Source: Chryseobacterium gleum (GTDB lineage Bacteria; Bacteroidota; Bacteroidia; Flavobacteriales_D; UBA2798). From it: a DNA stretch of 52,512 nucleotides. The notes under the pieces are model-generated. The model searched no databases, was not told where the DNA came from, and was given only the letters and a program-made list of their open reading frames with translations. The DNA lies in assembly GCA_945865695.1 (NCBI GenBank), contig CAMBFX010000002.1:1-52512 (forward strand), in the 5' to 3' direction. Position numbers and translations under genes: made by a program. Shown here one piece after another: positions 45,402 to 52,512 of this stretch (positions are counted from its first letter, which is position 1; the number at the start of each line of letters is the position of its first letter).

Positions 45402-46187
45402 CTATTTGATCTTTTTAACCTTTTTTAAGGGGTTTTTCACGGGTTTTTTAGTCGTTTTGAGCGATAAATTAACAATTTCTCCATTCTTCAAAATAGGCAC
45501 AACAGGTGTTTGATTGGGCGTTAAACAGTAAATAATATCGCGATTAAGGTTTAATTTCTTCAATCTTCTTCGATGGGAAGAGGATTTTAAAAATCCCATG
45601 TAATTACTTTTCGCAGAAATAAATAAATACTTAGCGGCAATCGAAGAGTCTTCATGCGACTCATACTTTAATGAATCCAACATCATTTCAGCAATGGCAC
45701 CCGCACATAATGTGTCTTCGAGATTGAATTTATCTTTCCAGCCACTGCAAAGCAACAATACATTTTTATTTTGTTTGATCAACCAATCACTCAGCACGTT
45801 CATGTTTAAGAATGATCCCACCACGATAGTTTTAGCGTCCTTTTTAGCAACGTTAATGGTCTTTGTTCCATTAGTGGTGGTCATCACAATGGTTTTTCCT
45901 TTAAAAGCAGGATCCATATAGGCGTAAGGTGAATTTCCAAATTTGAATCCTTCTACAATTTCACCTTCGCGTTCGGCAGCCACAATAAATCCTTTTTTCT
46001 TATATTCAAAGGCTTCTTCTAAACTAGCAATGGGAATAATGGATTTTACACCGTGATGCATGGCCGTACAAATAGCCGAGGTGGCACGCAAAACATCAAT
46101 CACCACTACAATTTCAAAATCTTCCTTATGCAAAGCATAAAGATTAGGCGAGAAACAAACTTCTACTCTTTTTTTAACTCGATGCAT
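45402..46187 (-). CDS. 2-phosphosulfolactate phosphatase (ComB) family protein
   Basis: VVVIDVLRATSAICTAM..G...IIP, GFKFGNSP and TIVMTTTNGTKTI match ComB-family motifs. It has a basic C-terminal tail. Confidence 0.75.
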   Translation of the reverse strand: MHRVKKRVEVCFSPNLYALHKEDFEIVVVIDVLRATSAICTAMHHGVKSIIPIASLEEAFEYKKKGFIVAAEREGEIVEGFKFGNSPYAYMDPAFKGKTIVMTTTNGTKTINVAKKDAKTIVVGSFLNMNVLSDWLIKQNKNVLLLCSGWKDKFNLEDTLCAGAIAEMMLDSLKYESHEDSSIAAKYLFISAKSNYMGFLKSSSHRRRLKKLNLNRDIIYCLTPNQTPVVPILKNGEIVNLSLKTTKKPVKNPLKKVKKIK

Positions 46188-46191
46188 TTAC

Positions 46192-47280
46192 TTAATTTTT
46201 ATAAAATGGAATTTTTACCACTTCTGCCTTTAACGCTTTATCTCGAACCTTGATAAAAATTTGTGAACCAGGTTTAGATAATTCGGTAGGAACATATCCT
46301 AAGCCAATGGCTTTTTTCAAGGAAGGAGACATCGTTCCTGATGTAACAATTCCAATTACTTTATCATTTCCATCTACAATTTCATAATCGTGACGAGGAA
46401 TTCCTTTATCAATCATTTCGAAACCGATCAATTTACGCGAAACACCTGCTTCTTTTTGTTTGGCAAGATTTTCGGAGTTCACAAAATTCTTAGTGAATTT
46501 AGTTACCCAACCTAAGCCTGCTTCTAATGGAGAAGTGGTATCGTTGATATCGTTTCCATAGAGACAAAAGCCCATTTCTAAACGCAAAGTATCACGAGCC
46601 GCTAAACCGATGGCTTTTATTCCATGAGGTTTTCCTGCTTCAAAAATCGCATCCCAAATTTTTTCGGCAACGCTATTCGGCATATAGATTTCAAATCCAC
46701 CTGCACCTGTATAACCTGTTGCAGAAATGATGATATCGTCAAATCCCGCAAATTTTCCGCTGGTAAAAGTATAATAGGTCAATGCCGAAAGATCTACGTC
46801 TGTCAATGATTGAAGTGCAGCAATGGCTTTTGGTCCTTGAATAGCTAATAGAGCGGTATCATCCGAAAGGTTTTCCATTTTAGCACCAAACTCTTTATTG
46901 TGAGAAGAAATCCAATTCCAATCTTTTTCGATATTAGAAGCATTGACCACTAAATAATATTCGGTATCGCTAATTTTATACACTAAAAAATCATCTACAA
47001 TTCCACCTTTATCATTGGGAATCGTTGAATATTGAATTTTTCCTGGAAATAAAACCGAAGCATCATTTGAAGAAATTCGCTGAATTAAATCAAGGGCTTT
47101 TTCTCCTGTAATTTTAAATTCACCCATATGAGAAACATCAAAAACACCCACGTCATTTCTAACGGTATCGTGCTCATCATTTACGCCTGTATAGGAAATA
47201 GGCATATTATAACCAGCAAAGGGTGCCATTTTTGCACCAAGAGTAAGGTGTCTATGGAGAAAAGGTGTATTCTTAATCAT
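46192..47280 (-). CDS. gcvT: Glycine cleavage system aminomethyltransferase (T protein)
   Basis: Full-length 362 aa: [12 protein letters not shown]...[49 protein letters not shown]. Confidence 0.95.
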   Translation of the reverse strand: MIKNTPFLHRHLTLGAKMAPFAGYNMPISYTGVNDEHDTVRNDVGVFDVSHMGEFKITGEKALDLIQRISSNDASVLFPGKIQYSTIPNDKGGIVDDFLVYKISDTEYYLVVNASNIEKDWNWISSHNKEFGAKMENLSDDTALLAIQGPKAIAALQSLTDVDLSALTYYTFTSGKFAGFDDIIISATGYTGAGGFEIYMPNSVAEKIWDAIFEAGKPHGIKAIGLAARDTLRLEMGFCLYGNDINDTTSPLEAGLGWVTKFTKNFVNSENLAKQKEAGVSRKLIGFEMIDKGIPRHDYEIVDGNDKVIGIVTSGTMSPSLKKAIGLGYVPTELSKPGSQIFIKVRDKALKAEVVKIPFYKN

Positions 47281-47374
47281 TTTAACTTTTATTTAATGGT
47301 TTTATTGAGCGCTTCGCGGTTAATCATTTAGTTTTTCTGTGGATGTAAAATTACAAGAAAACTAATATCAGCGA

Positions 47375-48553
47375 TTAATTTTTATTGACAGTTTTGATCA
47401 TCCATTTTTCAAGTTTTTCGCTAAATGTTTTCCAGTTATAATTCTCAGTTACAAACCTTCGTCCATTTGAACTGATTTTTGTCACCAAGTCGGGCTCTGT
47501 TAATAACCGCTCTATTTGGTGGGCAATTTCTTCGGGCGTATTTCCAATAAGTATTTGTTCATTGGCGGTTGCGCCCAGTGCGTTATTGGCCAATTGGGTA
47601 GTAACACAAGGAATACCAATAGCCATGGCTTCTAATAATTTATTTTGCAAACCAGTTCCAATTTGCATCGGTGCGATAAATATTTTTGAACTCCAATAAG
47701 CCTCTCGAATATCGTCCATCCAACCGGAAACTTGAATATTTTTATTGGCAAGAGAGAGAACAGAATTTACAGGATTTGCGCCCGAAATCATGAATTTTGT
47801 GTCCGGAAATTTTTTTAAAACAATGGGTAAGATTTTTTCGGCAATAAAATGAACACAATCAATATTGGGCGGATAGCTCATATTACCATTGAAAAGCAAA
47901 TCAAAATTTAATTCTTTTTTTTTGGGCGAAAAATAGTCCGTATCCACCCCATTGGAGATAATTTCAATTTTTTTCTGATCGGGATGATAAATCAAGGCAC
48001 GATCTTGCTCTGAAATGATAGTTTTATTCTCGAAATAGTCGAATATAAGGTTTTCATATTCCAGTAATCGTTTAGATTCTTTTTTCAAAAAGAATTTCAG
48101 TATTCCTGATGATTTGGATATTCTTCTTTCCATTCCTTTGGAAAGCGCATCCATATAATCTAAAGTTTTAGGAATATGATGAATATTTTTTACATATTCA
48201 CTCACCCGGATTAATTGGGCGTAAATATGATCAGGTTGAATTTCGTTAATGTATTTTTTTATTTTTTTATCAATAAATTTACTGTGAAAATAATGAACCT
48301 GAAAGGGTGTTTTGGTAAAAATTCCAGCAAATAATCTAGCGCCAATACCCATTTTATTTAACGAAAAGAAACGAACTTCTTTGCAAATTTCTTTCAATTT
48401 ACTTTCTGCTTCTGGATGGATTTTTGAATCATTCAAACAAGCTAAATAGATTTCATGATTTTTGGAAAGTTCTTTAATTTGATGCCAAGCTCTTAATTTA
48501 TCCCCTTTTTCGAGACGGTAGGGAATACGTGAAAGGAGCACAAAAATTTTCAT
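47375..48553 (-). CDS. Glycosyltransferase, GT4-like (GT-B fold)
   Basis: C-terminal EX7E-type region: FIAPMQIGTGLQNKLLEAMAIGIPCVTT. Confidence 0.8.
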   Translation of the reverse strand: MKIFVLLSRIPYRLEKGDKLRAWHQIKELSKNHEIYLACLNDSKIHPEAESKLKEICKEVRFFSLNKMGIGARLFAGIFTKTPFQVHYFHSKFIDKKIKKYINEIQPDHIYAQLIRVSEYVKNIHHIPKTLDYMDALSKGMERRISKSSGILKFFLKKESKRLLEYENLIFDYFENKTIISEQDRALIYHPDQKKIEIISNGVDTDYFSPKKKELNFDLLFNGNMSYPPNIDCVHFIAEKILPIVLKKFPDTKFMISGANPVNSVLSLANKNIQVSGWMDDIREAYWSSKIFIAPMQIGTGLQNKLLEAMAIGIPCVTTQLANNALGATANEQILIGNTPEEIAHQIERLLTEPDLVTKISSNGRRFVTENYNWKTFSEKLEKWMIKTVNKN

Positions 48554-48559
48554 AAATAG

Positions 48560-49774
48560 TTATGTTTTTATTTTTGAAGCGATAAGCATGTGATAAAATT
48601 CAATTAATTCTTCGGTCAGTTTTTTATTATCGTACTTTTCCTCTACTAATTTTCTTGCATTTTTTCCAATATCAATATGGTTTTGATAATTATTGACCAA
48701 TGCATAGATGCTATTTACAAAATCTTCTTTGGTATCAGCAATGAAAATATCTTTTTTGTTTTCACCTTCAATTCCATGCGCTCCAATTGTGGTACTGATC
48801 ACCGATTTTTTTAAGGCCATTGCCTCAATAATTTTTACGCGAATTCCTCCTGCCGTTAAAAGCGGAACAATCATAATGGATTTGGATGACATAAATTCAT
48901 TAGCGTCTTGAATCTCTCCCACCACAATTACATTTTTATGTTTCGTTTGTAACATGGATTCAGGCATTTTTCTTCCTGCCAAATAGAATTTTAAATCAGG
49001 AAATTTTTCGTTTACAGAAGGCCAAATTTCTTTTAAAAACCATTCTATTCCTTCAATATTTGGCAACCAATCCATAGCTCCAATATGAAACAATGATGGG
49101 AATTCTTCTTTATTATTATCCGAATTATATAAATCTAAGTTTATTCCAAAAGGAATAGTTACTAATGGCTTATTATACTCACTATGCAAATATTTTTTAC
49201 CATCTTCACCACTAATGGCGGCAATTCCATCTACCGCATCTAAAACGCCAAATTCGTATTTTTTCAATTGCTTAGCCAGAATCTTTAAGTATCTTTTTTT
49301 AGCGAAATTTTTAGAAGTTTCTGCCATTCTTTCCCAAATCATATATTCGAGATTATGCGAACGAAGAACAATTTTTCCTTTTGAATTTCTGCGTATGGTA
49401 GCAATATAAGGAGTCATAAAAAGACTTTCGAGATGGATGATATCGAATTTCTCTTTACGGAGTAATTGGGTTAATTTTCGATCAAAATCAGGGGAGAAAA
49501 AACGCGAAATATTATACGAATCGGAAGTAACTAAAGCAGAAAAAGCGTCAATTAAATTTAATGAGGTATCAATAAAAACGCCTTCAATTTTTGTTTTATC
49601 AATATACTCAGCAGTTAATTTTTCTAATTGTAAAGGATGTTTGGATGTAACGATGGTAATGATTTTTAATTCATGGCCATTTTGCAATAATCCTTGTGAA
49701 ATATTATTCATGGCAATGCAACCTCCATCAATGGCGGGAACAGGTGGTTTATGGCAGAGCTGAAGTATTTTCAT
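48560..49774 (-). CDS. Glycosyltransferase, GT4-like (GT-B fold)
   Basis: N-terminal MKILQLCHKPPVPAIDGGCIAM and C-terminal IMIVPLLTAGGIRVKIIEAMALKKSVISTTIG. Confidence 0.8.
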   Translation of the reverse strand: MKILQLCHKPPVPAIDGGCIAMNNISQGLLQNGHELKIITIVTSKHPLQLEKLTAEYIDKTKIEGVFIDTSLNLIDAFSALVTSDSYNISRFFSPDFDRKLTQLLRKEKFDIIHLESLFMTPYIATIRRNSKGKIVLRSHNLEYMIWERMAETSKNFAKKRYLKILAKQLKKYEFGVLDAVDGIAAISGEDGKKYLHSEYNKPLVTIPFGINLDLYNSDNNKEEFPSLFHIGAMDWLPNIEGIEWFLKEIWPSVNEKFPDLKFYLAGRKMPESMLQTKHKNVIVVGEIQDANEFMSSKSIMIVPLLTAGGIRVKIIEAMALKKSVISTTIGAHGIEGENKKDIFIADTKEDFVNSIYALVNNYQNHIDIGKNARKLVEEKYDNKKLTEELIEFYHMLIASKIKT

Positions 49775-49794
49775 TTACGATGCGGTTGGCAAAG

Positions 49795-51249
49795 TTACTT
49801 TATTTGCACTTTTTTCATACCTAATAATCGTTTATAGGTATCCAAATCAAATAATTTTGAATCAGAATTGGATTGTTGTAATAATATTATAGCTACTGGA
49901 GTGAGGATTAATGCGCTCAACCACATTCCTGTAATGGGAGAAAGAGCACCACCTTTTGCCATTTTTTCGCCAGTGATAGAAATGATATAATAAACCAAAA
50001 ATAAAATGGTGGCTGCTACAATAGGTGCGCCAATTCCTCCTTTTTTGATAATTGTTCCCATGGCGGCTCCTATAAAAAACAATAGAATGCAAGCTATCGG
50101 TAAAGTTAATTTGCGATGCCATTCTACTTTCATTAAGCTAATAATTTTATTGTTGTTGGCAATTTGATCTAAACTAAAATTATAGGTTCTTTGTGCATTT
50201 CTTAAGGTGTTAGCTGCATCGTCTGAAGCATTTCGTTGTAATTGCGGATTAGCCGCATCTGCTTTCATTATCTTTACATGCTTATTAAAAGTAATCGTAT
50301 CATTGAGATTTTGAGCATTTTTTATCGGCTCACGGAAAATAAGAAATGCTAATTTATGGTTCTCCGAGTAGTTGTTGAGAATTTTTACATTTTGTTTTTC
50401 TACCGAGTCAATAGCATAATTTAATTGCTCCATATTAAACATCTCATACAAATCTTTAAATAAATCAGTATTGGTGCGTTGCATTTTTAGTGATGAAAGA
50501 TCCATTCGAATTTTAGCCTCTTTGAATTGGGTAGATTGATGCGGAAAAATATCAGATGAATCTAGTCCACGAATTAATTCTTCTTCCATCACCCCGTTTT
50601 TCATAGATAGAATCATGTATTTATGATCTGCTGTTTTTTTGATATTTCCTTCTTCCGAAAAAATATCTTTTTTGTACAATGGTTGATTGAAATTGGCTGG
50701 AGTAGAATGATCAGCAATACGCACACCTTTAAAATGATCAGGTTTATTTTTCACTTTTTCGTCAATACGAATGCTAAAGTGATCAATATCGTTATTAAAT
50801 ACTTTTTCACGAAAAGATAGAGTAGGTCGCTGATGGGCGATATCGGCAATGAGTGCTCGGAATTTTAAGTTAGCAACGGGCCAAGTATAATTGGCAAAGA
50901 AAAAGGACCCGATTGAAATGGCGAAAATGAAAATAATTAAGGGTTGCATGATTCTTAAATTGGATAAACCCACCGATTTCATGGCAGTCATTTCATTACT
51001 CTCTGCTAAATTCCCAAATGTCATGATAGAAGAAAGCAAAATGGCAATGGGTAAAGCCATAGGAACCAAATTGGCGGAAGCATAAAACATTAATTCGGTG
51101 AGAATATAGACATCGAGACCTTTTCCTAATAAATCGTCAATGTATTTCCATAAAAACTGCATGATTAGGAAAAACATGGCAATAAAAAAAGTGAGCAAGA
51201 AAGGCCCGATATAGGCGCTGAAAACTAACTTATGCAGTTTTTTATTCAT
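49795..51249 (-). CDS. LptF/LptG-family (YjgP/YjgQ) permease
   Basis: N-terminal KLVFSAYIGPFLLTFFIAMFFLIMQFLWKYIDDLLGKG...AMKSVGLS, a large periplasmic insert and three C-terminal TM helices. Confidence 0.85.
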   Translation of the reverse strand: MNKKLHKLVFSAYIGPFLLTFFIAMFFLIMQFLWKYIDDLLGKGLDVYILTELMFYASANLVPMALPIAILLSSIMTFGNLAESNEMTAMKSVGLSNLRIMQPLIIFIFAISIGSFFFANYTWPVANLKFRALIADIAHQRPTLSFREKVFNNDIDHFSIRIDEKVKNKPDHFKGVRIADHSTPANFNQPLYKKDIFSEEGNIKKTADHKYMILSMKNGVMEEELIRGLDSSDIFPHQSTQFKEAKIRMDLSSLKMQRTNTDLFKDLYEMFNMEQLNYAIDSVEKQNVKILNNYSENHKLAFLIFREPIKNAQNLNDTITFNKHVKIMKADAANPQLQRNASDDAANTLRNAQRTYNFSLDQIANNNKIISLMKVEWHRKLTLPIACILLFFIGAAMGTIIKKGGIGAPIVAATILFLVYYIISITGEKMAKGGALSPITGMWLSALILTPVAIILLQQSNSDSKLFDLDTYKRLLGMKKVQIK

Positions 51250-51314
51250 GTAGAAGAAACGGCAAAAGGCCGTATAAATTTCGCGTGAAAGTAATTAATA
51301 TTGAAGTAATGGAA

Positions 51315-51701
51315 TCAGGCTCCTAATTTCTTTTTCAAAGCATTGATGTGATTATCCCAAAGAAAAGTAGATTCCTTAATTTCTTTTTCTTCGGCAAAAT
51401 CGGTGATGATGAGCGCCACTTCTTTGGTTAGCGGATCGGTTTTTATATTGAATTCAAAATATGAATTATCGTCATCTTCATTTTCCCATTGGAATTTAAT
51501 CGACTCAAAGGGCTTTTTACTCAATAGTTTGGCTTTTTCTTCGGCACCATCCCAAATAAACGAATAGATATCATCTTTCACATTCACTTCATCGGCAAAC
51601 CAAGCGCTTAGACCATCCGCAGTACTAATGCTATTAAACAAAACTTTGTTGGAAGATCTGATGAAATATTCAATTTCAAACTTCTTTTTAGTAGCAGTCA
51701 T
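51315..51701 (-). CDS. START-like / SRPBCC (AHSA1-type) small protein
   Basis: 128 aa; the pattern F..IST..GLS.WFADEV.V.DD.Y.F.W is typical of START-like domain proteins of Bacteroidota. Confidence 0.6.
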   Translation of the reverse strand: MTATKKKFEIEYFIRSSNKVLFNSISTADGLSAWFADEVNVKDDIYSFIWDGAEEKAKLLSKKPFESIKFQWENEDDDNSYFEFNIKTDPLTKEVALIITDFAEEKEIKESTFLWDNHINALKKKLGA

Positions 51702-51769
51702 AAGGTGAATCTAAGGTTAATTAGTAATTTCGTGCCGTTTCAAGGCTCATGCAATATAAGAAAATTTAA

Positions 51770-52512
51770 ATGGCTCTAATACATTCTTTAGAAAAAAACG
51801 GAAATCTTTTGTTTAGATACAGAGGACAAATACCGATTTTGATATTTCTAGCAGCATTGCCTGCTATCTATTACACGGATTCTTCGTGGGTGAATGAAAC
51901 GAAATATTATGTGATGTTAGGCATTTCCATTGCCCTTTCATTTGCGGGATTCATGGTGCGAGCAATAACCATTGGAACTACACCAAGAAATACTTCAGGT
52001 AGAAATACCAAAGAACAAATTGCCGAGGTGGTGAATAAAACAGGAATTTATTCTACTGTTCGTCATCCACTATATTTAGGTAATTATTTTATGTGGATAG
52101 GAATTGTGTTTTACACCTTCAATTTTTGGTTTGTATTGGTCATTTCGTTGGCATATTGGATTTACTACGAACGCATCATGTTTGCTGAGGAGCGCTTTTT
52201 GGAGAAGAAATTTGGGGATGATTATGTTTCTTGGTCCAATTCGGTTCCACCTTTCTGGCCTTCCTTTAAAAACAAGATTCCCTCTAAAATTCCATTCTCA
52301 TTGAAGAGTGTTTTGAGACGAGAATACTCTGGTTTCATTGCTACTGTGGCAGGATTTGTATTCGTGGATATCGTTAGAGATTGGATGTCGATGCCCACTT
52401 TTAAGTTTAATATGAATTATGCTTGGGTTTTCGGAATTGGATTATTAATTACGCTGGTTCTCAGAACACTTAAGAAAAATACGAATATTTTAGAGGAGGA
52501 TGGACGCTGGTA
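51770..52512 (+). CDS. ICMT/PEMT-like membrane methyltransferase family protein (3' end truncated by the window)
   Basis: This ORF is absent from the supplied track because no stop falls inside the window. My own translation from the ATG at 51770 is open to the window end. It contains GIYSTVRHPLYLGNYFMWIG...ERIMFAEERFLEKKFGDDY, the isoprenylcysteine carboxyl methyltransferase-like motif, and multiple TM segments. Confidence 0.7.
   Translation, partial: MALIHSLEKNGNLLFRYRGQIPILIFLAALPAIYYTDSSWVNETKYYVMLGISIALSFAGFMVRAITIGTTPRNTSGRNTKEQIAEVVNKTGIYSTVRHPLYLGNYFMWIGIVFYTFNFWFVLVISLAYWIYYERIMFAEERFLEKKFGDDYVSWSNSVPPFWPSFKNKIPSKIPFSLKSVLRREYSGFIATVAGFVFVDIVRDWMSMPTFKFNMNYAWVFGIGLLITLVLRTLKKNTNILEEDGRW

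Noticed and set aside
51250-51314. Short hairpin ACGGC-AAAAG-GCCGT between the START-like gene and lptF/G.
   Set aside because: The stem is only 5 bp with a weak T-tail, which is insufficient for a terminator call.

Overview
AT-rich chromosomal window that looks like Bacteroidota, probably Flavobacteriia-like. The phylum call rests on four observations: T9SS type-A and type-B C-terminal sorting domains, a PorP/SprF gene, a Gln at +1 after nearly every predicted signal-peptide cleavage site, and TAnnTTTG -7 promoter boxes. All family calls come from reading motifs in the supplied translations; no database search was possible.

Layout:
(i) 1-10.5 kb is housekeeping plus surface genes: a polytopic membrane protein, citrate synthase, a lamin-tail/T9SS surface protein with three tandem ~110-aa repeats, an NTF2-like secreted protein, DnaB, and a secreted protein of unknown function.
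(ii) 10,977-34,762 is a ~23.8-kb, eight-gene, essentially gap-free plus-strand operon. In order it encodes an outer-membrane beta-barrel-like protein, a ~2,566-aa giant secreted protein with no T9SS sorting domain, an FN3-array protein, two tandem signal-peptide-bearing phage tail-collar (MdpB-like) paralogs, a PKD-rich type-A T9SS cargo, a DUF2341/PKD type-B T9SS cargo, and a PorP/SprF protein fused to a coiled coil and a SPOR-like domain. This is my best candidate for an undescribed system: a surface fibre or adhesin apparatus that has recruited phage receptor-binding modules.
(iii) 35.5-41.8 kb is a small accessory island. It holds a class-II Fic AMPylase with a repeat-array promoter, a cupin, and a translationally coupled pair made of a DCTPP1/MazG-like NTP pyrophosphatase and a GIY-YIG nuclease / DUF2075-like P-loop helicase / LexA-type S24 self-cleaving fusion. 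That pair is my second candidate, as a DNA-damage- or phage-triggered defence. The island also has a GNAT-like/XRE two-gene module behind a TTGTACAA operator array.
(iv) 41.8-52.5 kb is housekeeping: a dihydroorotase-like pseudoenzyme lacking all metal ligands, a BatA-like protein, a ComB-family phosphatase, GcvT, two GT4 glycosyltransferases, an LptF/G permease, a START-like protein and a partial ICMT-like methyltransferase.

I saw no rRNA, tRNA, CRISPR array, transposase or integrase.
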